A DNA stretch of 62,939 bases, counting the filler, from Basidiobolus ranarum (taxonomy: Eukaryota), in NCBI GenBank assembly GCA_040143965.1. It is 20 parts of 20 records of this genome, joined end to end, with 100 filler letters (N's around TTAATTAATTAA, not from the genome) between each part and the next. Parts side by side here need not be neighbours in the genome. Positions count along the whole stretch, not along the records: positions 59,901 to 62,939 come from JASJQH010002773.1; 19 more parts are not named here. One strand, 5' to 3'. Shown here one piece after another: positions 62,834 through 62,939 of the stretch. The number at the start of each line of letters is the position of its first letter. Position 1 is the first letter of the stretch. Under the pieces are notes generated by a model. The model did not search any database. It was not told where the DNA came from and saw only the letters and a program-made list of their open reading frames with translations. The position numbers were made by a program, and so were the translations under genes.

Positions 62834-62939
62834 AGACTTGTTCCATTTTATTGAGCCAGATCAGGCCAGCTAAAAAGTGTGCCAGCACAAATTGGCATGA
62901 TTGGGCACTATCCGGCACGATGTTATTTACCATTTTGGA
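62834..62939 (-). mobile_element. Second copy of the DNA transposon right terminus
   Basis: AAT|AGACTTGTTCCATT...GGCACTATCCGGCACGATG is the reverse complement of about 60470-60575. Confidence 0.8.

Noticed and set aside
62904-62930. CACTA motif as a CACTA transposon end
   Set aside because: Homology extends about 70 bp further to the AGACTTG terminus, so the motif is internal.
1-62939. Gene cluster linking the P450, GT2, transporters and nuclease
   Set aside because: Each gene is on a separate contig, so adjacency is an artifact of concatenation.

Overview
This window is not one locus. It is 20 unrelated contigs of about 3.04-3.07 kb, sorted by decreasing length and joined by an artificial 100-bp linker (44 N + TTAATTAATTAA + 44 N), so neighbours across a linker have no biological meaning. 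The DNA is eukaryotic nuclear: short GT-AG introns, tRNAs without encoded CCA, and fungal-type proteins. By inference it comes from an early-diverging fungus (Zoopagomycota/Mucoromycota-like, e.g. Basidiobolus). Recognisable genes, mostly cut by contig ends: a GOST/GPR107-like 7TM protein, an amino-acid transporter, S1/P1 nuclease, SDH2, an EamA transporter, VPS13, MDN1, RPS17, a cytochrome P450, a GT2 glycosyltransferase, a ferritin-like pseudogene and RICTOR/AVO3. About half the contigs are nested, CpG-depleted transposon remnants: two Ty1/copia families (A, with a tRNA 3'-end PBS, and B, with a half-tRNA PBS), a DDE_Tnp_4/PHIS-type DNA transposon with an AGACTTGTTCCAT terminus, and CACTA-type transposase remnants. 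The most notable feature is a TE-free 2.8-kb cluster of eight intronless tRNA genes, each with a different anticodon (50617-53433). Other points of interest are PBS-overlapping ATGs in frame with gag in both copia families, a tRNA-like SINE candidate, and a head-to-head junction between two 5'-truncated genes.
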